Shown: piece by piece, positions 1 through 12,720 of the stretch | Layout of the letters: each line of letters opens with the position of its first letter | How positions within the stretch are numbered: position 1 is the first letter of the stretch | DNA from: Marsupella aquatica | Taxonomy: Eukaryota > Plantae > Marchantiophyta | NCBI GenBank assembly: GCA_973895155.1 | Contig: OZ316894.1 | Coordinates: forward strand, 11,463,892 to 11,527,891 | Direction: 5' to 3' | Length of the DNA stretch: 64,000 nucleotides | Translations under genes and position numbers: made by a program | The notes under the pieces: model-generated | Databases searched by the model: none | What the model was told of the DNA's origin: nothing | What the model saw: only the letters and a program-made list of their open reading frames with translations

Positions 1-1208
1 GTTTGAGTAGTTGCTGGCTGCTTCCAGGCACTCCTTCTTGACCCAAGTATATTCTTGACCTGCACACCCACCAATGGAACTTCGAATCCCTATGTATCCA
101 ATGTGTATTGAGAAAAATAAGAAGTCTAGGACAATATGTAAAATAAACACCCTCTTATGTCCTAAAAAGAACTTCTCCCAGTTCAAATGAGATCAAACTT
201 CTCCCAATTCAAATAAGCTCTTGAAGTGGAGTATTTATGGATACTTCTTCCAATATCCTCAAAAACAAGTAAGTTTTACAAGGGCTAATGAGATCAAACT
301 TTTCCTAATTCAGATAAACTCTTGAAATGGAGGATTATGAGGTAAACTTCTTCCAAAGTCATCAAGAACAAGATCCAGGATAATGCAACAATTTTTGAAA
401 CCATCACCTTGCACGGACAGGGTCAAGATGCTTTATGGGATTCTATTTTGGGGTGTTGGTTTTGACGTGTACACACCAGCAGCCAGAGCCATGAGAATGT
501 CCACACTGTGGAGTTACTCACGTGACTCTATGCGAAACAGGGCACATGCCTTGTATATGGCAACACATACTGTCTGCATGTGTGCGTCATTTGAACCCTA
601 GTATAGCTTGATTTTGAATATGGATCTTTGGAGGAAGTGAAATAGTTTTGGAGACAACCCAGAAGAATATTACCAGCCTTCTTGAAATTCAGGCAGGGTT
701 TGATAACCACGTAGTGCCAAATTAACCTGTGTTAACAAAGTCTTGATGACCCAAGAACTCTGGGGCCTCTATGGCTACTAGAGGTAGTATTACAGGACAC
801 CCATGTTGAATGACTAGTCCTCAGTCAAGATAAACTACTGTTGCTATTAACCATGGTGAAAATAAGGGTACGAGTAAGCTTATAAATCTGAAACTTACTT
901 TAGTTAACTTTTGGAGTGTGGTCGTAAAACCCAATACTTCATATAATGTGTTAGGGTCTTTGAGGAGCATTTGGCAAGAAGAAAGTTTAAAAGATCATCC
1001 ATGCTCATAAGGTAACTCAATTTAGGAACTCAAAAAGGAAAAATGCCTAGACCAGGGAAGGTTACACCTACTTGCTTAGGTACCAACTGTTTGCCCCCAC
1101 TTCACCTGAAGCCTTCCTACCCAACACAACCATCTCACCACACCTTTTACACACACAGCACTCTCCTAACCCAAACAACCATCAGGGAAACCAATATCAC
1201 CACACCTT

Positions 1209-1215
1209 CCCCCTC

Positions 1216-1246
<31 letters not shown>

Positions 1247-1248
1247 AC
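1209..1248. repeat. poly-C tract followed by (CA)n microsatellite
   Basis: Directly visible C-run then cacacacacacacaca. Confidence 0.9.
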
Positions 1249-1596
1249 CAACCCCAACAACCGTGTCACCACACCAACTACAATTTGGGTGGAAAATGTC
1301 ACAAGGGCGCCATTGCTGCCAGAGTTCTTGTTCTCAATCCTGTCACAGCCCGCTGAATGTCCACTTACATGCAAACTATCTCATCCCGCTAGGATGTCAT
1401 TAGGTGAAACCAGCACTTCCCATCCACTCCTACATTTCTACCCAACATACTCACCTTAGGTACTCTATGGTGTATTGTTTTCTCCACCATGCCATTTTTG
1501 TCTTTCAGTGCATTCTCTTCACCTTCCACTTGCCAAAATGGCTGTATCTCATACCCTCCCCCTCAGTATCAACCTGTCTCAAGCCCACTGTTGTCT

Positions 1597-1750
1597 CACC
1601 CTGAAACTTTCATCACCCCAAAGTGGTCTAGAGGTATCACATTGGACACCCTGAAATTTGCAAGCACCCCAGAGTGGTCTCGAGGTATCACGCTGGACAC
1701 CCAGAAACTTGCAAGCACCCCAGAGTGGTCTAGAGGTATCACGCTGGACA
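1597..1750. repeat. 51-bp tandem repeat, about 3 copies
   Basis: Unit caccccagagtggtctagaggtatcacgctggacacccagaaacttgcaag at 1614, 1665 and 1716 (partial); explains the repeated TPEWSRGITLD in ORF 1489..1782. Confidence 0.9.
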
Positions 1751-2974
1751 GTAGGCTCAAGGCTGCAGCTCTATGTGAATAGTTAGTTAGGTTGATGAAT
1801 GTGATAGAAACTGAATTTTCAGGAGTTGTATGCTTTTGGGTCCACTCAAATGAGACTGGCATTTTAATGTACCTCAATGATTCATTACTATTGCATCAAG
1901 GTAGGGGTGGAGAAATATCGTCCTAGATATAGGATCTCATGGAAACTTGTTCTACTGTGGAGGTACAATTCTTTGGCCAATTGATATGGTACAACACAAA
2001 TAATATATTTTCCCATTTAAAACAAATACAATATGCTTAAAAATAATGCATATGGTCGCAGACTAAAAACATTAAACGAAATCTAGGGTCATCACTATTC
2101 GAAGTGACCGACCAGCAATGTTTTATTTCAGTCAGAAAAGCTGTTCGTGCAGCTTCAAATTTTACCGAAATATCTTTTCTCGCAGTAAAATAAGGAATGC
2201 AATTATGCAAAGGATTTGCAGATGTCGAACTGAACAGCTAGGATAATTAAGCGGATATATTCTAAAACGCTTCATTTATTACGGTGTCGTTGTACTAAAT
2301 TATTGCTACTGTGACCGTACCAGTGTGCGCGACTTTGCTCGCGTGATAACATGCGAATGACGGAGAAGTAAGGTCATGTAAGTTATGTAAGTCTCCCGCC
2401 TCTGAAATTAATTTAAGACGCAATCGTATCTGAACTGATCGAATTCAATTTCAGCTGTTGGATCGCACATCCTAGCGGCTGAGGCGTGTTTGTAACTTAA
2501 TTTGTTTTGGGTCCGAAGGCATGATTTTACAGACAAATAATCCGTAAATTACTTAACTGCAGTTAGGCAAGACCCGTCGGCCGGTACGTTGATCATTACA
2601 CACATACGGTACTGAGTCGGAATTGACGAATTTGGAGTACGGGTACGGTGTGTATGGGCATACGCGCATCCGACGTGTAAAGTATTAGTGTAAAGTAAAA
2701 CCCTGCACAGTAGGGGCGTCTCAAAACTGAGATATGGTTTGAGTCATAATTTTTTCACAACGTTATGTAAATCATTTTTTCTTTTTTTTTGTTTCACCTG
2801 CCTTTACCTTGACTAACAATAATGGCATAAGACCAGTCCTTATCCTTAGGGCAAAAAGTTATGGACTATGAATTATGTGTGACTTGACTTTTTGTGTTCT
2901 TAAGCCATAATTAGGGAGTTAAGGTACATCTAAATGTCAGCTTGTAGACTCCCTAGTGAGTCCATTCTCCCAAA

Positions 2975-3588
2975 CAGCTTTTTACTAACTTGGTCCCCTA
3001 CTATCTGGATTTACTAAAGTGTCTCTCAAACAGATTCGTTTATTTACCTGACCCCATTCTGTATACGAGTTAGGACTGACTCAGTACAGGCTTGTGACTC
3101 TACCTTTGTCTCATTTGGTTTAGAACCTCCCTCTACCACATAGTGAGGGCCATTGGTTGCAGGCTTAACCTGCTCATCTCCCTGTTCCCCATGTTCCTTA
3201 CCAAACGTTCCAGGAAAACAAATGCAGCAGAATTATGCTTGGCCAAAAAAAAAAGGGAGACCCGGAATGTCCTTCTTACACAGAAAACCGTCACTTCCCT
3301 TCAAAAAACACATTTTTCATTCACAGAATGATTTTTTTGTCTTTATGTTCACAATTGTTTGCCCTGCAGCAGAGCGCTGGGAAGGGGGGGACAATGGGTT
3401 AATCCACAGCCAATTGTGCCTTGCCACGTGGCAGCAAGACGCAGCCAATGAGGTCAGAGGTTGAGTTATGTCTACTGAAGCAATGCTAACTCATAGATAA
3501 CATTGGGGTCAGGTTAGTAAATGAAATTGTTTGAGGGACACCTCACAAAATTCAGGTAGTTTCGGGGACAAGTTAGTAAAAATGCTGG
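2975..3588. mobile_element. Mutator-like MITE with long degenerate TIRs
   Basis: 2975-3118 (cagctttttactaacttggtcccc...tacctgacccca...gagttag) is an imperfect reverse complement of 3444-3588. Flanks tctcccaaa (2966-2974) and tgtcccaaa (3589-3597) look like a 9-bp TSD with 1 mismatch. Confidence 0.7.
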
Positions 3589-6500
3589 TGTCCCAAAAGG
3601 GTTTGTGAGATGTAAGCAAGTTACAAGAATTTTTGCTGCTGAAGAAGGTTACTCCTTGCAAGGCAAAGCATACTTCTAGCCTGTGACCAAATTCAGTACG
3701 AAATTTCCGAGTCTCTGGGGCACCCCTAACTCAGTGAGGTCACCAGGCTCCTACTATGGATTTTGAGCACATTACTGGGACTCCAGACAGTCAATAGGTT
3801 CCCTAGCCAAAACTGAAGTAAACAACTAGGGTTTTGTAGCAGGAAAAATGATCTGAAACAGAATCTGCTAGTGAAATGGTGGATATTTAGGGTTTTCTCT
3901 CGTTTTTGGCAAAGTATGGTGTTCAACCTATCTGTAAATTCTGAGTGGTGCATGCCTGGTACATGTTTCTGAAAAGAATTCACCAAGTTCTTAGTTTTGA
4001 TTTTGATCCAAACACAACTCTCCTAAAGGTTTCATTTTAGAAAAAACTTGTCATGCTCGATAGTTCCCTTCTGTATGACATGAAAGGACAACATGTCACG
4101 GGAAGACTGATGAATGCCCAGCGTCAACAATTCATGACCCTGGATTGTCAGGCTGTTGTAACAAATTGATGAGTTACCAGAATGAGCTTATTCCCACTAT
4201 TTCTTGAGATATTGTGTAGACTTCAGGAGATTTGGAACTAGCTAGGCAGATGTGTGCATAGACCCAACAAAATGAGCTGCATCAGATACATTGTTGGAGA
4301 GAAAAATTGAGTCAATTGATTGACCTGGAGTCAAAATTTGGTTGATCCTTCAAGGCCAGAGTCATGTGTGCGATGAGAAAAGATAGAGAGAATTTATGCC
4401 TGGAAAATTAGAGCATCATAATCCTATTAGGAAAATGCTTAGAAAAACTGGCAACTTGACGTATGGATATCATGTGTTGAGAGAGCTGAGTTTAGATTTG
4501 AAGTGCTCCCTAATGTAGAACATAGAGTGTCAGTGAAATCTGGAGGAAGAAACTGTAAACAATCAATTTTGTGCTATGTAAAAGGTGGAATGATTGGCCA
4601 TGATTTTTAGTGGGATTGTCAATCCTTGAGGGGTTCACTATGTACACAAACCATGTGCAAAACGAAAGAAACTTTAGTGACATTTGCAAACTTTTAGCAA
4701 GCACAGGATGTATAAGGAGAAAATAAAGGTAAAGGTACTTAGTCTATACACTCATATCTAACAATGTTCCCTAACTGATACCTTTTATATATACTAAAAC
4801 AAGCCTTGAACAGGAAAAATAGAGAACATTCTTAGATTTATTTTCTCATAAGATAAGGGTATTTAAAATAGCCTTAGATTTCACTTGGTATTCCAAAATA
4901 AACTCTTAGTTAAACACCTAACTGTCAACCTAAAATGCTGTCCACATATGTGGGGGTCAACTTTTAAGGTTTACAAGGACCGTGCAAAGTAAGGAATAAC
5001 ACCTTGCCAAGAGGGTGTTTTAGCATAGAATCTCCCAAAGACACCAGCCTGAAAATGAGTGTGGTTATATGTCTGAACACATTGTAATTTATAATAATCA
5101 CAGGTTTTCAATTTAAAGCATTGAAGAAATTTTCAAGTAAGTAAGTATTTCAGAAACATCAATTTGTCTAGTGAGTATGACATTCTTATCTTTGTGTGGT
5201 CATAAGGTGTTCTCATACTACATAAGTTAGCCATCTGGCCTGTCTATAATTTAGAGAGCATCAAGAACTACAAAGAGTAGATTCAGAGTGGTTAGAGAGT
5301 AGGTAATCTGTCCCCTTGAGAGGGTGACAGGTTGAGACTTTGAACATTGAGGATTGCACTCAAGAAGAAGTTCATGACACATTTATCCTCATGAGGGGAT
5401 GATTCAACTTGCATAAACGACTCAAAGCTTTTCTCTTCAGGATAATGATTATTTGCCATATCCCAAACGAGGAGGATGCATATTGAAATGGAGGTGTTAT
5501 TACACTAAAATAGAGACTAAAATCAAAATTTCATTGCACAAGGCCAAAGTTATATTGAGTAAACGGTCGCTACTTGTAGACAACATGTATGTGTGCAACA
5601 CCCAATGAACACACACAAAATTGACACAAGAGATATGTGGTTTACCTCTCCAAAGGTCACGTCTATGGGAACACACAACTGAGCTTTGGTTAAGTTTGAG
5701 TCCATTGGCTACACCCAGTATCCATAGACTAACCACTCCCTATCTATTAGATGGCTCGAGAACAATGAGCCTACAATTTACTCACAAGCTAAGTCCTGTT
5801 AGTGAATAAATAATAGTGACACATCCAACTTTAACCAATTATCTGACTAAATGCAGTGACATAATAACTCTAGACCCAAGAGTAAATAGGTAACAAGCTG
5901 GCTAAGGCTTGTGGCCCAACACTATCACAATACATTCAAAGGAAAATTATTCTGCTGTGTCAGGAAGAGAGTAACCCTTCCCCACAAGGGAATAAGGCAT
6001 TGTAGTCCTTGTTAACTATTGTACAACTCACTGAATGCTCGACCTGAGTAAATATCTGCACTGCATTGCATTGCAATCTCCTGGGGGCTTGGTGTTACAG
6101 CCCACCATCCCCCAAATGAATACTCTACCCAAAATTTGGGAAATGATTAATAAATTAAGGTGGGAATCGGGCCATCAAGGAATTAGCAGGGGAGGATGGG
6201 CAGTGCAAGGCACTGTTTCTGTTGGTCTGGAAAAACAAAAGTGACCTCAATAGAAGAAGACAGGGTATGAGCAAGGGAGGTCAAAAAGTAAAATCTTCAA
6301 ATGGCCAGACCAAAGGCAAAGGGCTAATAAATGTGCTCCCACCCAGACAAGCTGGTACTATGTGAGTAGAGAGCTCCAGTAGAGAACACAAATCTACAGT
6401 GAGACCTCAGTAAGTGCAAGGGCCCGGTTACATCCATCTTCTTGCACTTATCAAACATTTGCAATGGACTGATAATTGCAAGAAATCGGTAAGTGCACCA

Positions 6501-7121
6501 TATTGAACTTGACAAGCTCCTGATAAAGGCAATTCTTCTAGTTTGAAATTGTCAATCAAGAAACTGAGCGTCTCGGTTTCATTGTCTAATTTGAGAATTA
6601 AATATCTCTTACTTGCAAAAGACTACCAGATATGAGCGAAACTCCAATGTACTTGTTAACAGTTTTGCTACATAAAAATTTCTGCACTTGCAGTGGGATT
6701 TCCATTATTTAGGTCTCACTAGAACTACTTTACTGAGAGGGCCAAATGCAGGGGGCTCAACAATTTCAAATCCCTTGAACATTTATCAAACCTGGTTTGG
6801 TGAAAAAACTCTGGCGTTTGCCTTCAAGTACGAGGAAACAAAAAAAACCATCCAAAAATAATCGGAGTGAAAAAAATTATTCAACTGATCACATTATCAT
6901 GCTTAAATGACAAGACAGTTTCATTCATTGTCCATTGTTCCAGTTTCATTCATTGCCTAGGTGAATTCATACTATTGAATCCTTACCTGAACTCTCCGTA
7001 AAGCCCTTAGTTTGGTGAGTAAAAACCATTTGTACGGGTGAGTATTTTCCATTGGACTCAGAGGTTAGTTTAGTTGAAATAAGATGTTGAAGAGCTCATT
7101 GGCATAGCAAATGCAGCAAAC

Positions 7122-8597
7122 GAGGTATATGCTAAATAGACCCCCAAACAACAGTTTCAGCTTGATCAACCTCCAAAGTCCATTTGTTACCCAACAGACT
7201 TCCTATGGTAGTTCAGTTAGTACCCAATCAAACCTCTCTTATAGTTTCTGGTAAAATGTTCTCCTATGGGGCATTATATTGTGTACTATCAATAATGGCG
7301 CATGAGAATGTGAACCCAATTCATGGCATAACCGTGTAGAGCAATGGTAGTCTCCCTATACTTGTCCATGGGTGCAAGCGACTTGACCAAACTGTCAACG
7401 GCTTGGTTTCGGGCTGATCGAGACTATATATACCGTGGATTTCAACAATGTTATGAAGACAATATGTGTAACGTCTGTAAACATCCATTGTTAAATTGTC
7501 CTCACAAAACATGATCATAATCATGTTCATTCTTTCACATTTGTCACGACAACTCCTGTTTGTCATAAGGTTTGGGTGAATATATTGCGTAGGAGGGTAT
7601 TGGGAGGCTGAGTGTCTTTTGGTGAGCATTTACATGCTATTTGGATGACACTATAATGTTGTGACGTACACTTAGGGATATAAGTGGTTGGAGAGGACAA
7701 TGGCACTGTGCATCTCGGGGTGCATCTTTGGCAGAGAGGGCACCTGTGTGAAATGAACATTTTTGAATGTGACAGGTTACCACCACAGGATAGAGTGTGC
7801 CCAAATGAGACGTAATTGCACATGGATTTAGGTAGTGGCCAGGATACTTGATGGGAAAGCCCACAAGAAGGTGTGTAAGAATATCACGTAGTCATCAATC
7901 TGTCTTGATATTTTGTTGCTGATTCTCATGTATCCACTTCAAATCATGCGTATGTTCCTCACTGCTTTGTTGAAATTCATAATGCAAACCGTCTTCAATT
8001 GTTGACAGTGGAAGCAAATGTAACTCAAATTCAAAAGTGCAAAAGTTTCAAGGATTTTGAAGATTGAATTTGACAGGTTGTTGGATTCTTGGTTGTCATT
8101 AATGGTCCTGTGCTATAAAGGTTGAAACATTTTAGAATGTTTATACACAAGAGTGCAGATTTAGCAAAGTCTTTGTATGTGGGGGAGATCTTCATTTGTA
8201 TCCTAGGATCATTGTTTTCCTGGATACTAATGAAGATTCTCAACAAATCAATGATTAACATAATGGACATAGCAGCCCAGTTATACTACCTCTAAACTTC
8301 AGACTACTACTTCAGACCATACTAGTTTTGTTTTCAAACACAAAAGTGTGCACGATGGCATCCGTTGCCATACTTATCATGTGCAAATTGCGGGCGGACT
8401 ACTCTCTCGACACAATTGCAACATACCATGGGCTCATATCATAGAAAATTAGAGTTCACTGTGGTAAAGTCTCCCAGTAGGCTCCTCACAAGAACTATCT
8501 ATAAGAAACAGTCAGGGGGGTAGATGGGTAACACATGAACTTTGAGGGTTGATCTGGCAAAAAACTGTTATCTGGGGGTCTATTAAACATATACCTC
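7122..8597. mobile_element. Non-autonomous Mutator-like element (MULE), about 1.5 kb
   Basis: TIRs of about 80 bp: gaggtatatgctaaatagacccccaaacaacagttt...gatcaacctccaaagtccatttgttaccca at the left, reverse complement ending ...ctgggggtctattaaacatatacctc at the right. 10-bp TSD tgcagcaaac (7112-7121) / tgcagcaagc (8598-8607). Confidence 0.8.
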
Positions 8598-10974
8598 TGC
8601 AGCAAGCAACAATTTCTGGGAGAACAAGAGTGCGAACTTAGGTCAAGTAGGGGTCAATATTCATTTAAGCCAATTTGTTGTGGGCACTAGTGAGTCAGAA
8701 ACTAACTTCACAATTGAACAAGTCACCTTAAGGGCCCGCAAAACAAAGTGGAAGACTTGGCAGACCATCCCCTCTCATTTCAAATTTGAGGGTTGCCCTG
8801 AAGGGAGCAACCGCACTGATCTTCTCCAAGAATTTTGGAGTCTGGGTTGATTCCCTTTGGGGTTGATGGAACAGTCTCTACAGCCCTCGTTTTTGGGGGG
8901 GAATTATAAATCATACCACCTTTGGAATATAACCTATATATGTATTTTATATATCTTGCGGGTGCCCCTTTACATACGTGATTAGGCTTGCAAACAGGGT
9001 CTATGGGTAGAGATGAGGGCGGGAACAGTAAACGTAGGGCCTACCGGTGCCAGATTTCTAGCTACACAACTACTGTAGTGTCATTCTGGGTTGGTGCAAA
9101 AACTAATAATTATTTGTTACAAGTCTTGACTTGACTGACAAAATGTTTAAGGATCCTAGACCCCTCTGTAGCTACATCAATAATTACCATTCTTGGTTTG
9201 CGCAAAAAAATAGTTAATTATTTACACATTTTTGGTTTGACTGACAAAATATTACAAATCTTGATGCACACATTGACTTTGCAGGGGTGATATTATTTTG
9301 TAGATTAAATAAAACATGAAACAGTGACCATAAACATCTGGCCTTTTAGTATATTCTGTATACAATTTAAGTTATATACTGCCCTTGCCCTATACCTTGG
9401 AAAATAATTTTATTCATAATCTGGGATCGCCTCATACCCTGTGATCTACAGTAGATTTGGTTCATAATCTGGGCTTTACGGTGTATCCTAGGATAATAAT
9501 TTAAGTCATTGCTACATATGGTGGAAAATAATTTAATTCCTAGTCTGGGCTTTTGCCCTATCCCGGAAAACAATATATTCCAATCTATGGGGGAAAACAA
9601 TTAAATCAAATTTTGACCTGGAAAAGAATACTTATTTTCTGGGAAAAGTGAACCCCAGATAGAACACAGTGTTCAATATAACTTGCTGATTATTTAAATT
9701 TTATTTAAATTTTAATAATTTTCATTTTATTCCACGTGAAACCCACAGATGGGAGAACTTGTGATTGCAAAGGGCAACACAGCATCCAAAGGATGGAATA
9801 GGGAACAAAGAGTCCACAAAGGAACCTCAAGAAGGGACAGGGCACCCAAAAGTTAGCCACCCCAACCCAGTAAACTCTAGCATAGAGTAGCAAAGGATCG
9901 CCAATAACTTGCTGATTATTAGCCTTAAGATAATTAAGATTTTCATCATACTCATTCTCCTTTTTTCATCTTTCGTCCCCATACAAAAAAGTTCCTGGAC
10001 GGGAAATATTCACAACCGTTGGATTTGATTAGCTGTTTTTGTTGACCATTGATGAGAAAAATATATACCCTTGTCACATATTTGCTTCCCGTTGCCCCTA
10101 ATGCCCTGGCCAATCCCTATGAGCCTACCCTCCTTGCACAGGGCAAAAGCACTGGCATAGGGCTCATGATGAATAACTAAACTAAAAAGGTCAAAAATTC
10201 ATTGTCACTTTGATATAAGTGTAGCTTACTTACTCCTCTAGCACATACTCAACAAATATTAAATAAATTTGAGTTTATGAGAATCAAGTTATTAAAAATT
10301 AAATTTTGGGAAATGTGGTTCATGGAGGTTTCAAATGACCGACCACAATTTGTGGTCGGTCGATGGGAGTATCATTTTTCCATTTTCTGGGCCCTACATC
10401 TATCTTGGAAAGCAATTTAATTCATATTCTGGCCCTTGATGCGAGAGCCAGGAAACAACTGGATTCATACTCTTGCGCCAATATCATATCTCAAGTGGGG
10501 TCTCCCTTTGTCTTTTGATACACTATCCTTATTACTTTCTCAAATCTATTTTGTCTCAAGCACTTTTTGGTTCTCATCGCTATTGACGTTCAAAGAACTG
10601 GTAGTCGGAGCTAGTTTAATAAATGTTTCCCGCAGCAGTTGCGTGAACCGAAATGGCACTACGGTATACCTACCGTGCCACACCAGCACTCCAGCAGCCT
10701 TTGCTGGTGCTTCTGCTTTTGCTGCTTCTGCGGCAACTGTCTGCAAAAGCTGTGCAGCACAAATGGAGCGCAGGGGGAACAGAATAATGGATTTGGGAGG
10801 GACGAGGCAAGGCCTGGTGCGTGCAGCTCGATTCGAAAAAGTCCCGTTCGGCGGACGAAAGGATGGTGTGGGAGCAAGCGATGCGTGCGAAGCATTTGGT
10901 GGTCAGGTGCGCAGGCAGTCTCGAATCCAACCAGTCCAATCAGTCCACTACTCCGTCTCTGGGCTTCCCCTCAA

Positions 10975-11316
10975 GTTCAAATTTATAATCTCTTTTATTT
11001 ACAGCTATCACCTTTTTGGAGGGCCCCCCTCTGTCTGCTGCTGCAGCTGCAGAACTCGAGCTCTCAGTCTGCTGCGGCTGCCAAAATCATCCCTTCCATG
11101 CTCCCCCTCCAGCTGCTGCAGGCCTCGGCAGAGACACAGCGCTAGGAAGAGGGAAGAGCCGCAGTTTGTAATTTCAAATTCTCATCCCCGTCCCGTGCGC
11201 TGGTGTTGTAGTCTGCTCATCGCCTCATCTGCTGTGATGGAGGAGACTTTATGTACAGTAGAGAAGTGGAGTGTGAGAGAAAGAAGCAAAGCAGAGCAGA
11301 GCAGACTGTAGAAGAA
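10975..11316 (+). promoter_or_regulatory. Putative core promoter and non-coding first exon of the IQD gene
   Basis: TATA-like tttataat at about 10982, then a CT/GA-rich leader and a consensus donor GTAAGT at 11317; candidate acceptor gggcag at 12623, 97 nt before the ATG. Inference; no transcript data. Confidence 0.4.
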
Positions 11317-12720
11317 GTAAGTGATCGAGATGATGAACCTTTCTCACATAGTCACATTGGCCTCGGCGGGTCCACCGAGGACATCAGCCGCATTCACCAC
11401 GCAGGAGTTACGGTAGTTATTAGTCTGTCCCCCAGCAAAAGCTCTCCCCCATGACAGTTTAGCTTTTGGGTTTGAAGCCTCGTCACCGAAACTAGAATTG
11501 TGATGGAGTGATGGCCGTCACTTGCTCCTGCTGCTGTTTGTTCCGTTCCGGTCTTGATGAGGAGTGAATGAATGCAGTAGGAAAGTAGCTCCTGCCTGCT
11601 GCTGACTGATTTAAACTCGGTCTATGTTTTTTATTGACCGAGATATCGTGTCCTCCCGAGAAATCATCGGTCAGCTTAGCTCCTCGACTGTGGGCAACTT
11701 TCTGTATGCGCAACGATCCATTCACTGTACATGCATGCTCCCTCCCTCTCGCAGCTGCAGGGGCGATGGATCGATCGATCTCTAGCTTCTAGTGCTCACA
11801 TTTATCGTCATGGAACTTCCGCCTGCCTCTTGCTTCTGGGTATCGGCATGATGATCGAGATCGAGCAAGCTGTTGCGTGCCTCTTCGGCTGACTGACTGA
11901 TTCATTGTCGTAGTGGTCTAGATATGTGGCAACGAAGGAGATGACAGCGTGCACTGCTTGACTGCACCTAGATTTGTAAGTCTCACTCGCGGTCTGCCCA
12001 CCGATGAATCCACATTGAGCGTCGTCGGTTTCAATGAAGCGTGGGATTTCTGCTGGCATTCGACAGCCCAATTGTCCCAAATAGCTACAGGAGCTGGGTC
12101 CGTTGGAAGATTTGTCTTCACATTGACGTTGTTGTCGCTCTGGCTCGCTGTGAGATCTTATTCTGGTCCCTGTCGGTGGCCTCTCAGGAAATCTCATGCA
12201 GGTGCCATCACTGTTGGCCGCGGTTGCCAAAGCGAGTCGTTGACAATGCTCCTCGCCAGCACACTCCTTCCCCTGCATTGAAGAGTTCGAGTGGACATTG
12301 AGGTGGGGGTCGATCAAGGGGGCACATGGAACTTGGAAAGGATGAAAAGTCAGCTGGACGGCATCCACCAATTTGGTACGTGCGCACTAGTACCGGCTCT
12401 CGATTGAAATTTCCTCCTGCATAGTTCAGTGGACTCATTCATGCATGGCACGTAGCTCCCTCGGTTGTCCTTCCCAGGTGATGTTGTGGTATTGGTAAGA
12501 CGTTGCATTGTGTGAAGCGCCTGAAAACGGTCATTGCCTGCTGAGTACCGTCATCTCTGCTCCCTCTGAACTCTTCTGTCTGTCCGGTTGTCTCAAAATG
12601 CCTCTTTTACTGGTGTTGGGCAGGGAAATCAATTGCCTTTGAGGCCGTAATTGGGGCGGTGTCTCCTCGAGTGGCAGTAAGCTTAACAACTAGCGGGTGG
12701 TGCATGTCGAGGTAGCAGCG

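Noticed and set aside
1043-1459. Pro/His/Thr-rich 138-aa ORF
   Set aside because: Composition is explained by the poly-C and (CA)n tract.
10436-11311. 291-aa ORF upstream of IQD
   Set aside because: Non-ATG start in the track, runs through promoter and simple repeats, no domain; only its last 24 codons are kept as a possible uORF.
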